DNA of 64,000 nt from Octopus vulgaris (Eukaryota), in assembly GCA_951406725.2 (NCBI GenBank), contig OX597817.1, positions 137,268,001 through 137,332,000 on the forward strand, given 5' to 3'. Positions 1-13,789 of this stretch are shown here, one piece after another; within the stretch, counting starts at the first letter, position 1, and the number at the start of each line of letters is the position of its first letter. Both the position numbers and the translations under genes were made by a program. Below the pieces are notes generated by a model. The model searched no databases. It had not been told where the DNA came from and was given only the letters and a program-made list of their open reading frames with translations.

Positions 1-18
1 GAGAGGGAGAGAGAGAGG

Positions 19-51
<33 letters not shown>

Positions 52-90
52 AGGGAGATATAATTCTTGTATTTATTATCTCAATTGTAG

Positions 91-156
91 ATGAATTTCG
101 AGATGTCAAGTGAATATAAAGAAGATGCTGATCCATCTTTGATCGAGATGGAAAAT
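91..156 (+). CDS. Internal coding exon of gene A (unknown product): MNFEMSSEYKEDADPSLIEMEN
   Basis: Acceptor ...tctcaattgtag| and donor |gtaagt; 66 nt, open, phase 0-0; joins in frame to the exon at 6641. Confidence 0.65.
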
Positions 157-1381
157 GTAAGTTGTCATCTGCAACGATTTCTTAATTGCATTAAGTTAGC
201 TTTGCTAATTAAACAGCCGCTAACTATTATTCCTGAATAGGCGGGCCAGTGTTGTTACAGCTTGAAATGCGTGATGTCCAAATCAGTCAGCTTAGCATTC
301 ACAACAATAATGAAATAGCTCTTTTCTTTTTGCCGAAGTATAATTAACATTTTTAATTAATCGTAAAGTAACGGAGAGAAAATTTACTGTGAACTTCGTA
401 CGAAACCAGTAGCCTCCGACCAAAGTACAGCATACTCCCTCCCTCCCTCTCTCCCACTCTCACTCTCCTTCTCTCTCCTTCTTACTCACTCTCTCTATCT
501 TTCTCTTCTCTGTCACTCTTTTTTCTTTCTCTGTCACACTATCTCTATCTCTCCACGTCTATCTCCCCCTCTCTCTCTCTCTGTCACTCTCACTCTTCTT
601 CTCTCTCCCTCTCACCCACTCTCTCTATCTTTCTCTTTCACACTCTCTCTTTCTCTCCATTTCTCTCTCTGTCTCTGATCACCGCTGTAGTAGTTACTGC
701 TCCACTTAATTAGCCAGCTATATCTCATAAATGCCCGTGTTCACCTTAACAGCTATCTTACATCCTCTTGTCAATCTTAAACATTGTAACTGAACATTCC
801 GTCCAAAAGCCTCAGGTCCACCGACTAGAACTCCTCACCCTGACCGCTTTGAATCCCACTCAAGCAGAGCTTGCGAAAGCTGGACCTAACTGTCTACTTT
901 TCACATTGAAAAATGCTTTTCAGAAAGTTTGTAGACATAAATGAAGCGAAACAATTCCATTTCAAAATGGAAGACATTTCAGGAATTCTATCTGGCGAAG
1001 AGTTACTTCCCCTCCACGACCTACTGCCAGCGCAATAGTGAAAACTCAATTGCTAAACACAAATAATAATGAAGATATATACCCTCTCTACGGATTATCC
1101 TCAACAATAATGGTTTCTAACATTAGGGGCTACACAGTTTGTGGAAGTGACATATCGGTCTAATCTGACCTACTAGAAATAACAGTTAAATATCCCTTCC
1201 CTCAAATCACATTTAGAAAGTAAATGTATATAGTGCTATGTCTACAATATGTATGAATAAAAATGAGAATTTCATCTGAATAACTTTCATCATAAATGTT
1301 CTTGAAAAAAGTTGACTTGCGAAAAAAAGAAGGAGCAGCAACGACAACGACGACGACGACGACGACAACAACAACAACAGC

Positions 1382-1412
<31 letters not shown>

Positions 1413-1489
1413 TGTTAAAACGTAATCATGGTTGGCAGAGACGATGTATTAGACAAAAGTTTTATAGTTGACAATTCCGTTCTGGTGCT

Positions 1490-1900
1490 GCGACCAAAAA
1501 CAAGTATATCTTTCTTTGTCATCACCATAAGTACCAACAGTGGTAAGAGACTCTCAACAGAGCCGAACAGCAGAAGGTCTTCAGAGAAGAAACCCTCCTT
1601 GGGCAAGTGTTCTGGCCCTTAACGTCTTTTTAAGGTAGCCGCATCCAGGTCATCACTCTTGAATGTCTTTCTGCAGACCCTTTTTAGCCACATGGATATA
1701 GGAGACTTGTGGTGTATTTAAATTGCTTGGAAATTTTACCTAATAGCAACTCCTTTCCGTTGCCTCAACTTTCAAACTTAAATAAGAAATACCATGGGTG
1801 AGTTTGCGGTGTTAAACCATCCTCCTCGAAATATAGAACTTCTCAAGTTGATCCTTGTCTTACACACTCAGTCTTTTAGATAATCTCCAAACTCGATAAT
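1490..1900 (-). mobile_element. Highly degenerate non-LTR RT fragment (R1/LOA-like?)
   Basis: Minus strand shows a QGG-like motif followed by YGDD (PQGG...YADD-like); many disablements. Confidence 0.3.
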
Positions 1901-3402
1901 CAGTCGTAGAAAATACATCTTATAGATTATATATCTTAGATACTATATGTATTCTGTGCTAATGACATTATTTCGATATTCTACATTTACATTCATTTTA
2001 TCGTGATGAGTAAATGGCAGATTCTGGCGACCTAAGTTCAATTTCTGATTATAACCATTTTTTTCTTTTATTAACGTCTGAATAAAAGACTTGGAGACGA
2101 CCTAACTGTCCATACATCCTCGTTCAGCATACTTGGTCACTCAATGATCGATAGCTGTGTATCATGGAAGGTCAAGCAGACGGTAGAGAGCAGAGTGGAG
2201 ATAAGAGTGTGTGAGGCAGGGAAAGAATACTCGGTCAAACATGACGCAAGTGAATTTCCATTCTGCCCAGTACAATACCCTGCCAAGCCCAGTTAACCTT
2301 CACATCAAGGGATAGAGAGAAACACCAACCTTTTCACTATGTACTGCAAGACGATCCCTACAACATCTTTATAGCTGAATAAAAACCCTTAGAAAAACGC
2401 TGCTGTTTTGACCAGGATATCTGAAATCAGATTAGTGGGAGGCCAAAGGTGAAGAGCTGCACCGCCAGTCTGATAAAGACGAAAGCATTTTCTTCAGGAC
2501 TTCGAGAACCATACGGGTCATAGAGAAGAGGCCCAACAAAACTCGTAGATCTTGACGGCAAATCAGTACTCTAGGAAAAGTTGGAGATCCTTGATAGATT
2601 TGCCTATCCTTTTGACAGCCTGTCTAATATCCCAGGAGTCGAAAATGTCACACAACAGCCAATCATTCCATTCGTATTTCAATTGTGACTCTGTAAAAGC
2701 AACATAAACAGTGAACATTCTCATAATGCAATACATCCTTCACGTGTTATCATTCTCCACTTTAAATGTTTTACTCCTTTCCTGCTGGTATTGAAACTGG
2801 AATGCTTTCTTAGCTGGTAGGAGTGGATTCACATCAAAGAGTAACAACTTGCACGACTTTTACCCGGGTAATACTGTACGCGGAAGAATGCTTAACACTA
2901 TGAACGACGCCTATATATGTCCAGGTTCTGATACACCACGGGGAATCTCTCGCCAGTGACTCCTCCCCACACATTCCAGGACACCATTTATATCCTCTCC
3001 CAGTTCCTGTCATGCGCTGTTAACAATGTCCGGCAAGAGAGATAATTCTCTATCTATAAAACCCGCAGAAAATCTCAGAATATCACAAAAACTAATTTAA
3101 GGATATGTTTAGCGACAATCCATTTTAATCCATTTGAATTTCTACTTTGCATTTCTTTTCATCCATCTGATAAGTATTTAGCTATGCACTAAAGCTGGTT
3201 GTTCTCTCCTGACCCATAAACGATACACTTGGACAGCGGTGATGAATATTGCTAGCCGAACCTTTCCAAATTTTAATGTCCTTAACATTCTTGTTATTGT
3301 TGTGTCACTTACTTACGTCTATTTTAAAAACATCCTTCTCGCTCGAATCCTGTGGACTCATACGGATTGGTTTCCGGTTCCTATGGCATATATATATATA
3401 TA

Positions 3403-3592
3403 TTCCCCACTGGATGGAACGCTGGTCCGTCGTAGGGTGACTCACCATTGCCAGATAAGTGCATTACAGCAACGTGAAATGACGTGTTTTGCTCAGGAAC
3501 ACAACGCGTCGCCCAGTCCACGAATCGAAACTATAATCTTACGATCATGAGACCAACGCCCTACACACTAACCATTAAGCCGTACGCTTCCA
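3403..3592 (-). mobile_element. tRNA-derived SINE
   Basis: Minus strand has A-box-like ggcttaatggttag and B-box-like gtttcgattc, then a CORE-like gtgttcctgagcaaaacac segment. Confidence 0.65.
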
Positions 3593-4253
3593 CTCACATC
3601 TATTTTAGTTTTAGATAAATGTTAAGCTATTTCTTATAACACAACGGAGTGTTGCCTGAAATCCTGCGTCGTATTAATACTGGTGTGCCATATGTTGATC
3701 ATCAAGCTGGAAGGGCGAACGGCACGTCTAACTTTGCTTCATTTGAGGAAAAAAAAAAGGTGTCTTTAATCAAGGCAATGATTACATTTGGCAAATGTAA
3801 GGGAGAGTGTGGAGACTGTGGGTGGTAAAGAATGGTAACTTAAAGAAAGAACTGTGAGAGTTGAGAAATGAATTAAGATCAAAGTTAATTGATATAATTT
3901 CCAGACCTGAATGGTAGACATTACATTTGTTTTAATTTATTGGCAGCTCCTGCCTGAGGGAGAACATGTCCCATCGAGTTGGGAATCTGGTGGATATGAG
4001 TTGAGCAAAAGAAAAATTCAAGATTTAAACAAGACGATTCGGGCTTTGAAACGTGGTCGCACATATAAAAGTTACCAAGAAAGAATGAAGGTAATTGTTG
4101 GACTCTTAAACTCTTTCGCCTGATTTATTCATTGAAAGATAAATGTTTTCATTGTTATGTTCACCGTTATAGATGTTGGAATGCTTTGCAGGTTAATAAG
4201 TTTACTTCAGAAACTCTTGGTTTCCGTCTCACTACGTGGCAGCACCTTCAGCC

Positions 4254-4640
4254 GGAGGCGCAATGGTCCAATGGTGAGGGCAGCGGACTCGCGGTCGGAG
4301 GATCGCAGTTTCGATTTCCAGACCGGGCGTTGTGTGTGTTTATTGAGCGAAAACACCTAAAGGCTCCACGAGCCTCCGGCAGGGGGTGGTGGCGACCCCT
4401 GTTGTACTCTTTCGCCTCAGCTTTCTCTCACTCTTTCTTCCTGCTTCTTGTCCCCAACTTCCTACGCAACCGCTGAGCCTGGATGCGCATTCATCCATCT
4501 GTCGATGCTATCGTTGTCGGGGGTTGACCTGCTTTCTCTTCTGCGGGTCTTACGAATAGCAAAGGACTACGTTTCGGACTGCTCCCATCTTGCGAGCTCT
4601 GGGACGAAGACCGTTCGCTCAAAAGCAACAGCAACAGCAC
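4254..4640 (+). mobile_element. tRNA(Arg)-like SINE with (CAACAG)n-type tail
   Basis: Head ggaggcgcaatggtccaatggtgagggcagcggactcgcggtcggaggatcgcagtttcgatttcc with A/B boxes; tail agcaacagcaacagca. Confidence 0.75.
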
Positions 4641-5268
4641 CTTCTGCCATCGATCAAAGCCTTTTCAGTGGACTTTGGTTTGTGGAAATTCTGCAGCTCA
4701 CAGAAGTTTTATGGGAGTGGGAGCATGTGTGTGTGAGTGCACACGCGTGTGTGTATTGTGTGTTTGTATGCGTGTGTTTATGCATTTGTGTGTCGGTATT
4801 AGCGTGGCAAAAATCGGTGCGGAGAACGAAAATACGTTATCAGTGACACGTACTTAGTAAATGTGTGTTGTTAAAAGCTTTTAGGCTGCGATATTTCGTT
4901 CAGGAAAAATCCCTTTGAAGACGGATAGTATTAAAAAAAACCCCACAGTATATCTCAAAGCCAAGCGAAACGACTCGCCCCAGAAATAAATGAGAAAGAC
5001 AGACATCGATGTTTCAGATAATTGTTAATCCGATTCATCCATGAAACGAATTTTCCTTTTCTTCTGATTGACCCGGCCTTTTGTCGTCTTCCGAAATCAA
5101 TAAAATAGATTACAAAGTAATGGTGTTAATATAATTGATTAGAAACTCATTAAGGTGGTGCTACAACTTGGCCGCTATCAAATGTTGAAACCAGTAATAA
5201 ATAGATGAGAAATGTAAATCTGACTTTTAATTGGTTTCAATGACGAGTTATGACGTGAAATATGTGGA

Positions 5269-5344
5269 TTTAGGGTTGAGATTAGGTTTAGAGTTAGGGT
5301 TGGGGTTTAGGATTAGGGTTAGGGTTGGGGTTGGGGTTTAGGGT
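5269..5344 (+). repeat. Degenerate (TTAGGG)n-like tract
   Basis: ttagggttgagattaggtttagagttagggttggggtttaggattagggttaggg. Confidence 0.6.
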
Positions 5345-6640
5345 AGTAGCAATGATGTTAAGAGGATAAGATTTATGATTATTAAAGAACAAAGCAACCC
5401 GTGAACATGTTAAGGTGAGAAGATAGAGGTTTTACGATGTTCACTTTGAGGAAATTCAAATCCTCTTTTAGTATTCCACTCTGTATAGTGAATGTTTTGA
5501 CAACGTCCGGATGGCTTTAAGGGACAGTTTGCATTAGGCAAGTCACACAGCTATTCACTTATTTTTACAAGTAGGCTGAGGTCTCATTGTTTGTGGTATG
5601 TTATGTGATAACTTTGTCAAAAAGTGTGGCAATTTCCTGCAATTCTACATCAATATATGACTGGTTGGGCAGATTCTTTATTATTTTACAATCAGCCGTC
5701 ACTCGCGAGCGACTGACTCGGTGACATATACCATTCTTCGCTAGCTACCGCTGTAGTTTCAAGCAGACTGAAATACTCGATTTTCCCACCCTTGACCAAA
5801 CGAAACACCGATTTACCAGTGCCCAGTTGATGCTCATTACGACCGAATAGACTGTTGAGATCCAATCCTAAACCTACATTCTGGATGGAGACCATGGCCA
5901 CTATCCATTTACAAGCTATTTTCCTCTAGAGACATAATCCGTTTCTCTCAAAAAATTCATTCCTTGTCTTTGCTGGGAGTCAAAAAGCTTGGCCTATTTA
6001 GTTCTTCTGCTGCATCATCTGGTCTTTTTAAATAACTGTTTATCAGTTTTGAGAAAGCAGTTTCTCACTCATTTCTTAGGACTTAGGTGTTCTGTTTTCT
6101 TTTTCTATTGAAATTTGTTCCGGTCAACCAATCAGACTGCTAGAGAAATCCATCTTTTCTTCTGTAAACTATAGAGAAATTGCGATCAATATACGAGATT
6201 TAGGGGTGCATAATATCCGGTATACGCACCGATGGACATACAACTTAATAACTGGAGCAGGTGTGATGTTAAATGAGAAGCGGTATTTTAAGGAAATTCT
6301 CTCGTTATTTATTGCGTGGAGAAGGCTTGGAAAGAATCTCTGTCACAAGACCAAACTGGAAAACATTCGATTTAATTCTGAAATTAGAAAAAGTGTAGCT
6401 TCACTTCAATAAAGGAAATCAACTGACCAACAGAAGATAAAAGAAAAATGGAGAAAATGATTACGCATTGAGTAAATCATAGTGAGAGGCGCGGAGAGGG
6501 TGAAAGACAAGGACAAAGAAAGAGAGTGATTAATAGAGAGGGGGGGAGAGAGAGAGAGAGAACGTTGGTGAAAAAGAGACAGTGAGGGACATAGCATCGA
6601 TATATAAAACTTCGCATTGATTTTTTTTTTTCATCCACAG

Positions 6641-6925
6641 GTAACGAAATTGGAACAAGAAAAGGCCAAAGCTGCTTCACGAGTGAAAGCCTGGAAGCCT
6701 GTCTCTGACTATCATTTAAACAAGGTTCTCGGAAGCAGTGCTGCCAAGACAGAAACGAATTCATTTGAGAGCGATTCACATACTAAAACAATTGAGCCAA
6801 TGATGAGAGGAAGAGAAGAAAAGACTTCGTTCGCCGATGCCGTCCGAGATGTTTTGGCTCATCGTCGACAGCTGAAGATTAGAGCAGCGGCTTTCATTTC
6901 TTTGCTACCTGAGTCAGTAACTTAA
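6641..6925 (+). CDS. Terminal coding exon of gene A (VTKLEQEKAKAASRVKAWKP...ISLLPESVT*)
   Basis: Poly-T tract plus catccacag acceptor; 94-codon non-repetitive frame ending in TAA; phase matches exon 91-156. Confidence 0.7.
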   Translation, partial: VTKLEQEKAKAASRVKAWKPVSDYHLNKVLGSSAAKTETNSFESDSHTKTIEPMMRGREEKTSFADAVRDVLAHRRQLKIRAAAFISLLPESVT

Positions 6926-9900
6926 ATTCATATCTCTTTAGTCTCTGGAATTGGATCCTCATAATTCGGTGCCAGGGGAAATAACGAAAAGAAAGATTTC
7001 AATTCGATCTTGATTTCCAGTTCTTTTTTTTCTCTTCTTTGGTATTGTTCTGCAAAAAGAACATCAACACCACAAGCCCCAGTTTTCTCACAAAGCGCTA
7101 TGATACTTACTAATGGTTGTTTTGGGAATCTGGCGATAACCTCCTCCTCCTCCTCCTCCTCCTCCTCCTCCTCCTCCTCCTCCTCCTCCTCCTCCTCCTC
7201 TTCCCCTCTTCCTCTTCCTCCATCGCCATAATCATCATCATCGCCATTAGATGTGGATTATTTGATCACTATTTACTGTAATCCTTGATGTCCTGCATCA
7301 GTTGCGGACAAGACATATAATATTGCTGCAGTTTGGGCGTATGCAGTTTTACTTGCTCTCCTGGCAGTGCTGGATACTTCTCTCCTTTATATTAACTATC
7401 TCCATAAAATATTAATCTCCAATATGATTGGCGATCAATCAGATTACCTTCTTTTGAAACTTTGATGCTCCTCTTCAAATAAATATTTTAGACAGCAAAT
7501 GTATTTCACATTATCGTCGATCATAAAGGATCTGGTCGTAAAGGATCCAATGGAGGACACGTGACTGAAGCCATCTTAATTTTATATCTGTATAAAGTGG
7601 ATTCACTGCCGCTGGTGTCGTTGGCTCGATGGAGCATTAAAAGTGCGTAATCTGAAACGGACGGGGAATACTGCTAAAAGCTTCCAGAGTCTTAATATGT
7701 TGGCCGTTTATAGTTCATGTCTTGGATCCTTGTAGGAAGGTGGAAAAACCGATTCTCTGCTAGATGAGAATCTTAGTGGGAACGCTGATAAAGTTGTCCA
7801 GAGAGATTCTCTTTTGGGGGTCTTCGAATCCTTACAAAAGGACTTTCACATCATCGAATGTGAAGGAAATAAGAGTGGTAAGGTGTCTGACTCTGAAGAC
7901 TCGTTGGTTATTGCTTTTGTAAAGAGAAAATTAAGAAAACGGTGGGGGGGGGGGATGCTGTGTACCATTGTCAGATGTACTTGGTTCCCTGCACGTTGTC
8001 AGACTTATTCTTTCACAAGCTGACACAACAGATGAGATGAGGGCTTTTAGAGTTTCTGGAATGTGATCTACTAGAGCATAACCCCCCCCCCCCATGTGTA
8101 ACGCAATGATCTGTTGAGATCTGAGACGATTAATGGTTGGTTTGCGACCTTCCGATGCTGAAGTGGTTCACTTAAATTTGGATGTTAATAGTGACTCGCG
8201 TCTCCTTTCTATCTCTCTGCAAAATGGTGAGATTATAGAGACGAAGAAGACTCTAGACCGCAGCGAAGCAATCATTCTCCCCTCCCCCATTGATACCCGT
8301 TTTTATAGGAAAGAATTCAGTTTTACTGTCCTCTCATTTATCATCAGCATTGTGTGTGTGTGTGTGCGTGTGTGCGTGTGTGTGTGTGTGTGTTTGTGTG
8401 CATGTGTGTGTGTGTGTGCATGTATGTGTGTGTGTGCGTGCGTGTGTGTGTGTGTGTGTGTGCGTGTGTGTGTGTGCATGTGTGTGTGCGTGCGTTTGTG
8501 TTAAAATAATGTAAAGTTAATGTATCTGGACATATAATGATGGGTCGACTCAATACCAAGAGTAAAGTCAAATTTATTGCCAAAATGAAATTGGCTGCGA
8601 CTTCAAGCGCCGCCCGTCTCAGCCTCTACTGAAAAACTAGCAGAATAGCGAAGATTGAAAGTCAGCCATATATGTCTTGGCCTTTCTATATACATATCTC
8701 TACTTCTCCCTAACTTTCTCCCCTCTCCCTCCTCCCTCTCTGTCCTCCTGTGTGCGTACGTGCGTTCGTATCAGTCACGCATTTAGAATATTTTTCCTGT
8801 TGTTTATGAAAGTAGTGGCACAAGAGTTGCGGGTGCGGTGTTTCTCGACTCAACACGGTTCAGATTTGAACTTGCTACATTAAGTTGCCCTTGTTATTAC
8901 AATAAACGACTGCATTTATCTCTGTTTTAAACAATGAGGGATCTCATTTTGTATTTAGTATTTTTTTAAAATTCTACATTATTCTTCAACTTGTTCTCCT
9001 TTAATCTTCAGCACAATCAATCCATCTTAATCCACCTTGGTCTATCTTAGTGCATCTTTATGCTCTCAGAAAAATTTTTCCAGCTGAGAGATCAACCATG
9101 CTTGCACTACTTCCATTGCCTTTTGGATCAGGGTAAATCGATGATCCTTTAAGATCTTTGAGTAGAAGAAACAGGAGACGGTTGAAAGGAGCAAGATCAG
9201 GACTACATGGAAGATGTTTCTACATGTTGAATTTCAGGGTATTGTGGCAGCAGTATGAAGTATTGTAATGCAACAATAAAACACCTTTCGATCCCTCGGC
9301 ATTTGCTTTCTTCGCAGCCATAACTTTTCAAACGGTGTCACGCTATACTGAGCACTGATCACTGCTAAGATCCTCAACAGATAACAGACTAAGATTAGTC
9401 TTTAAGAGTCCCAAATACTGTCAGTCTCCCTTTCCGTTCTGTGTGCTTTTTGATTTGAATTTTTTTCTTCATGGGCGATATTGGCTGTTTCCATTCCAGT
9501 GTTTGGCTTTAGCACTCCAGTTTGAATTGGTGTAACCATTTTTGTCACCACTGACGATGTTACCCCAAATGAAACTTACTTTAGTTATTATAGTCCTGCG
9601 ATGATTTTCAGCCTTTGTTACGTCTTCAGCTGCAGGAAATGTAAGACGGAAAGCTGATCTTTTGTGGAACATACAAGAAGCGGTCAATTCCTAGTTGACG
9701 TAATAATAATAATAACTAAGTAGACAAGCTCAAACCTGAATCTAAAGGAACACCAGACTTAGTTATGCAGGGCTAAGAAATATTTCTGTCAATACAAATG
9801 TAATGCACTGTGTGTAAGTTATCGATTCATATCCATATTGTTTATCATTTGTAGTAAAATAAGAGAATATAAAATTGAATCTTTACGTTCCTATATGACA

Positions 9901-10048
9901 AATCTGTACGACATTCTACAAACTTTGATTAACATAAAGAACAAGGATCTGAAAAGCAGGGTAAGCATATCTTTTACTCCTCGCTCTTCTTTGCTTCTGA
10001 CATCTTTTTTGACGGTTTTATGTTTATTGTTTTCCTTTTTCCGCCCTT

Positions 10049-10412
10049 TCAGTTCTCTGGTCTTCTAGCATGTTGGGGCAGGGCTAGTATCGTTGGTTCT
10101 CTCTCATTTTCAGACCTATTACTCGTGACTTTAGTTTTGTTCTTTTGAGTAACCACTGGGACCAGGAGGCTTTCTCCATTCTTTTTGTCATCCTTGGTGC
10201 AGTCAGTTCCCAGAATGGTGTCAAGGTTGTCTATGTGCTGTCTAATTAGGGCATAGGAACGGAGGAATTCGCGTTTCTTCTGCTCTATCTGGGCCGTGGT
10301 TCTGGTAAAATCATTATTTTTCAGTGCCGATGATAGTTGCGGGGCCTTTTCCGGCAACGTTCCAAGCTCGCAGGAGCAATCGCAGTTCTTTCGTCAACCA
10401 GTCCCGTGAAAT
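10049..10412 (-). CDS. Terminal exon with Myb/SANT(trihelix)-like motif, split by a frameshift near 10341-10350
   Basis: Polypyrimidine tract plus aag acceptor; first frame ISRDWLTKELRLLLRAWNVAGKG, +1 frame PQLSSALKNNDFTRTTAQIEQKKREFLRSY...; together match W-x3-E-x3-L-x2-W ... RT-x2-Q-x3-K-x6-Y. Confidence 0.5.
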
Positions 10413-10437
10413 CTTTGTTAGGGATACGGAGAGAGAA

Positions 10438-10484
<47 letters not shown>

Positions 10485-11086
10485 GACACAGAGAGAGAGA
10501 ACGAAATTAAGAGACAGAGAGAGGGAGAGAAATACAAGATCAACTTAAGGGAGAGAGAAGAGGGAGGCAGAGAGAGAAATATATTGTTATTATAAAGCCG
10601 AAATTGTCTATAAATATATTATAAAATGTATCATTATAAGACGAGGTGGTCACAGAAAAAGAATATATTAAAGAATAATTTTTATTTTACCTAATGGTTC
10701 GCTGAAAGAAAAGTAAACAAAACAAACCTCCGATCTTCGTAGTTTAAGAATTTTATGTTTTAAACAATAAATTTCGGTTGTGAAGACCGTAATTTTCCAA
10801 GAAACTGCAAGATATGTGACCAATGTAGCTACCGTATTTTTATATTTATATCCAAGTCAACGCGTGGTTTCGGCAAAAACGTTGAATACGACTTGATATC
10901 TTGTCATCGGATATATTTTCCTTGTACACGCGTATTGTTCGATCGAAGGTGAAATATACTTGTCGTCCTTTTGAGCTATATTTAAGCCAGAGACCTCTTT
11001 ACTTCTAATTACATCGATCTCTTGGAGGTTCTACTCTACTTTTCCGGAGCTAAGCATTACACGCTTTACCAACACAACGCCATCTT

Positions 11087-11118
<32 letters not shown>

Positions 11119-11204
11119 CAGATATAGATATACAAATATACATATATGCATACACACATATATATGTATAGTTGTGCATATGTATATGTATGTATGTATG
11201 TATG

Positions 11205-11240
<36 letters not shown>

Positions 11241-11274
11241 TCTGTATATATATGTATTTATGTGTGTATGTATC

Positions 11275-11331
<57 letters not shown>

Positions 11332-11739
11332 GATATAGATATATATATATACATATATGTATATGCATATATGTGTGTGTATGTATTGTTATACTTGGGG
11401 ACGGTCATGTTTTGTTAATTGAACACAATCACAGAATGTTTGGTCTTTCCTTCAGCTTTATCTTTTTTTTTATTTCAAAAAACAATAATAATAAGTCTGA
11501 AGTGAAGACCAAACACGTTGTGGTTGTGTTTAATTGACAAAATATGATCATCATCCCCAAGCATAGCAATATCTGCTTTAACACACCACTTCACATCAAG
11601 AATCTTGAAAAACACATGCATAAACGAATACATACACATATACATACATACAATGTCATCATACATACAATGTCATACATTGTTACACAGTATCATATAT
11701 ACATACAATGTAATACGTAGAATGTCGTCACGGTATTTT

Positions 11740-12319
11740 CTACCGATGAGGCGTTATGTTGTGGCTAAGACACTGTATAATGAGACCCGTCGGATCCGAG
11801 GACAAAGAAATAAAAACCCATAGTATGGTGGAAGCCATAGCCACTCATAATAAAAAGGGAATAGCTCAATGAAATGTAAAGACAATAGATCTGATATAAT
11901 GATTTGAGATGGAGAAGAGAAACTGTGCACAGTTGTGGAAATTAGCTGTCTAGCGGATGTTAGCATAAAGCTGAATATCAGTGAGAAAAAGAATATCTAC
12001 GCTGAACTATTGAGAAATCTGCAGTTACTCTAACCAGATTTCAAGTTCAGGTCTATACCTGTAATTATTGGGGCCCTGGGATATGTAACACACTACCTTA
12101 AAACCAATCTTGAGAAATTAGGCTTCTCAAAACCAGAAAGGAAAATGCTGATTCGAAGACCACAGATCCAGTCTATCACTGGAACTAAAAATCTGTAAAA
12201 CTTTGCAGAATTTTATCTTAAATATATATGAGCATGTCTAGATATGCAACTATATGCATGGGAATACATATATAAAACATACATACATACATACATACAT
12301 ACATACATACATACATACA

Positions 12320-12353
<34 letters not shown>

Positions 12354-12500
12354 CATACATACATACATATATACATACATATACACATACATACAAACAA
12401 ACAAAAATATCCTTGTTGATGTTGAAATTCCAATGAAGGAGCCTTGGATCTAGGTTAGAAACCGGCTCTTTCTCTATTAGCAAGAAATTTTGAAATAAAA
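11740..12500 (+). mobile_element. 3' fragment of an RLE-encoding non-LTR element, with (TACA)n and 3' UTR
   Basis: Reads SDIMI*DGEEKLCTVVEISC...EKKNIYAEL...IPVIIGALG (PD-(D/E)xK RLE pattern) with stops. Confidence 0.65.
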
Positions 12501-12521
12501 TTGATTAATGACATACATGTA

Positions 12522-12565
<44 letters not shown>

Positions 12566-13020
12566 AACTAGATCAACCTGAAAATGAATATATATTTGTT
12601 AATGCTAACATAGTTACATATCTAGATTGCTGTATAAATGTTGATGTATACATCAATCCTCTTAATACAATCAACACATTTATATTAATATTATCGTTAT
12701 CAATGATATATGCGCATGTGAATGTGAAGATGCTCACATACACATCAATATTTATTCCACTACCGATATTTATATGTCAATCTTCAGGGAAAAATCGATA
12801 TAATCACAACGTTCAAATTTAGACAAATGTATTCTAAATGTTTTGTAATCCATTAATAAATTAGTCATCTTCAAGTTTGGCTGCAGGAGATGAACTGGGC
12901 GACACTTTACATATACTTAAATTTGTCAGAATATGAAATATTTCCACCAGCTGTACATAGTGTAGCATTTACAACTACCATCACACATAACTGCATGTGT
13001 ACGTACAAAAAATCGTCCCA

Positions 13021-13111
<91 letters not shown>

Positions 13112-13129
13112 CATACATACATACATACA

Positions 13130-13165
<36 letters not shown>

Positions 13166-13421
13166 TAATTATAATTATAAATTAGGGTATGTACGAGATA
13201 CCACCATGTTGAAAATAGCAGCCATGATCTGACTCTAAAACCACCTTAATTGCCCATTTATCAACACGGTGAGAAAACAAAGAGACAAGATGAAACTAGC
13301 ATAGTTGTATCTCGTAGATACCCTAATTTATAATCTTAATAATTATTACCTTTGAAAGTTATTTTCTCCATGCTGACCACTTGATAAAATTGTTATTTTA
13401 TTTTTAAATTAACGATCTTAC

Positions 13422-13477
<56 letters not shown>

Positions 13478-13789
13478 GTAAATGTCGAACGGTGAAAATT
13501 AGTGCTCAACACAGCATTGATGGATATAATTTCTTTATTTGTGAATTAAGGCTACCATTGGTTTCATGTTAAGAAAGGTGGGAAAATATCCTAGTGTCTT
13601 AACAATTTTTTGAAGCTGATCACATGAAGAAAGGTCGTTCGTTTTCCATTTTGGAAAACACAGCCTCGTTCCATTCGCACAGATCCTCGTGAAATCACGC
13701 GAATAGATACATATATATCATATTCTATACTCTAAAATATATTTAAAATATATAAATTATGTGCATTTTCCGTCTTTTATAATATATTT

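Noticed and set aside
5540-9500. Scattered very old LINE RT remnants (also about 2100-2700, 21320-21600, 51165-51359, 56350-56700)
   Set aside because: Too degenerate to bound or classify without alignment
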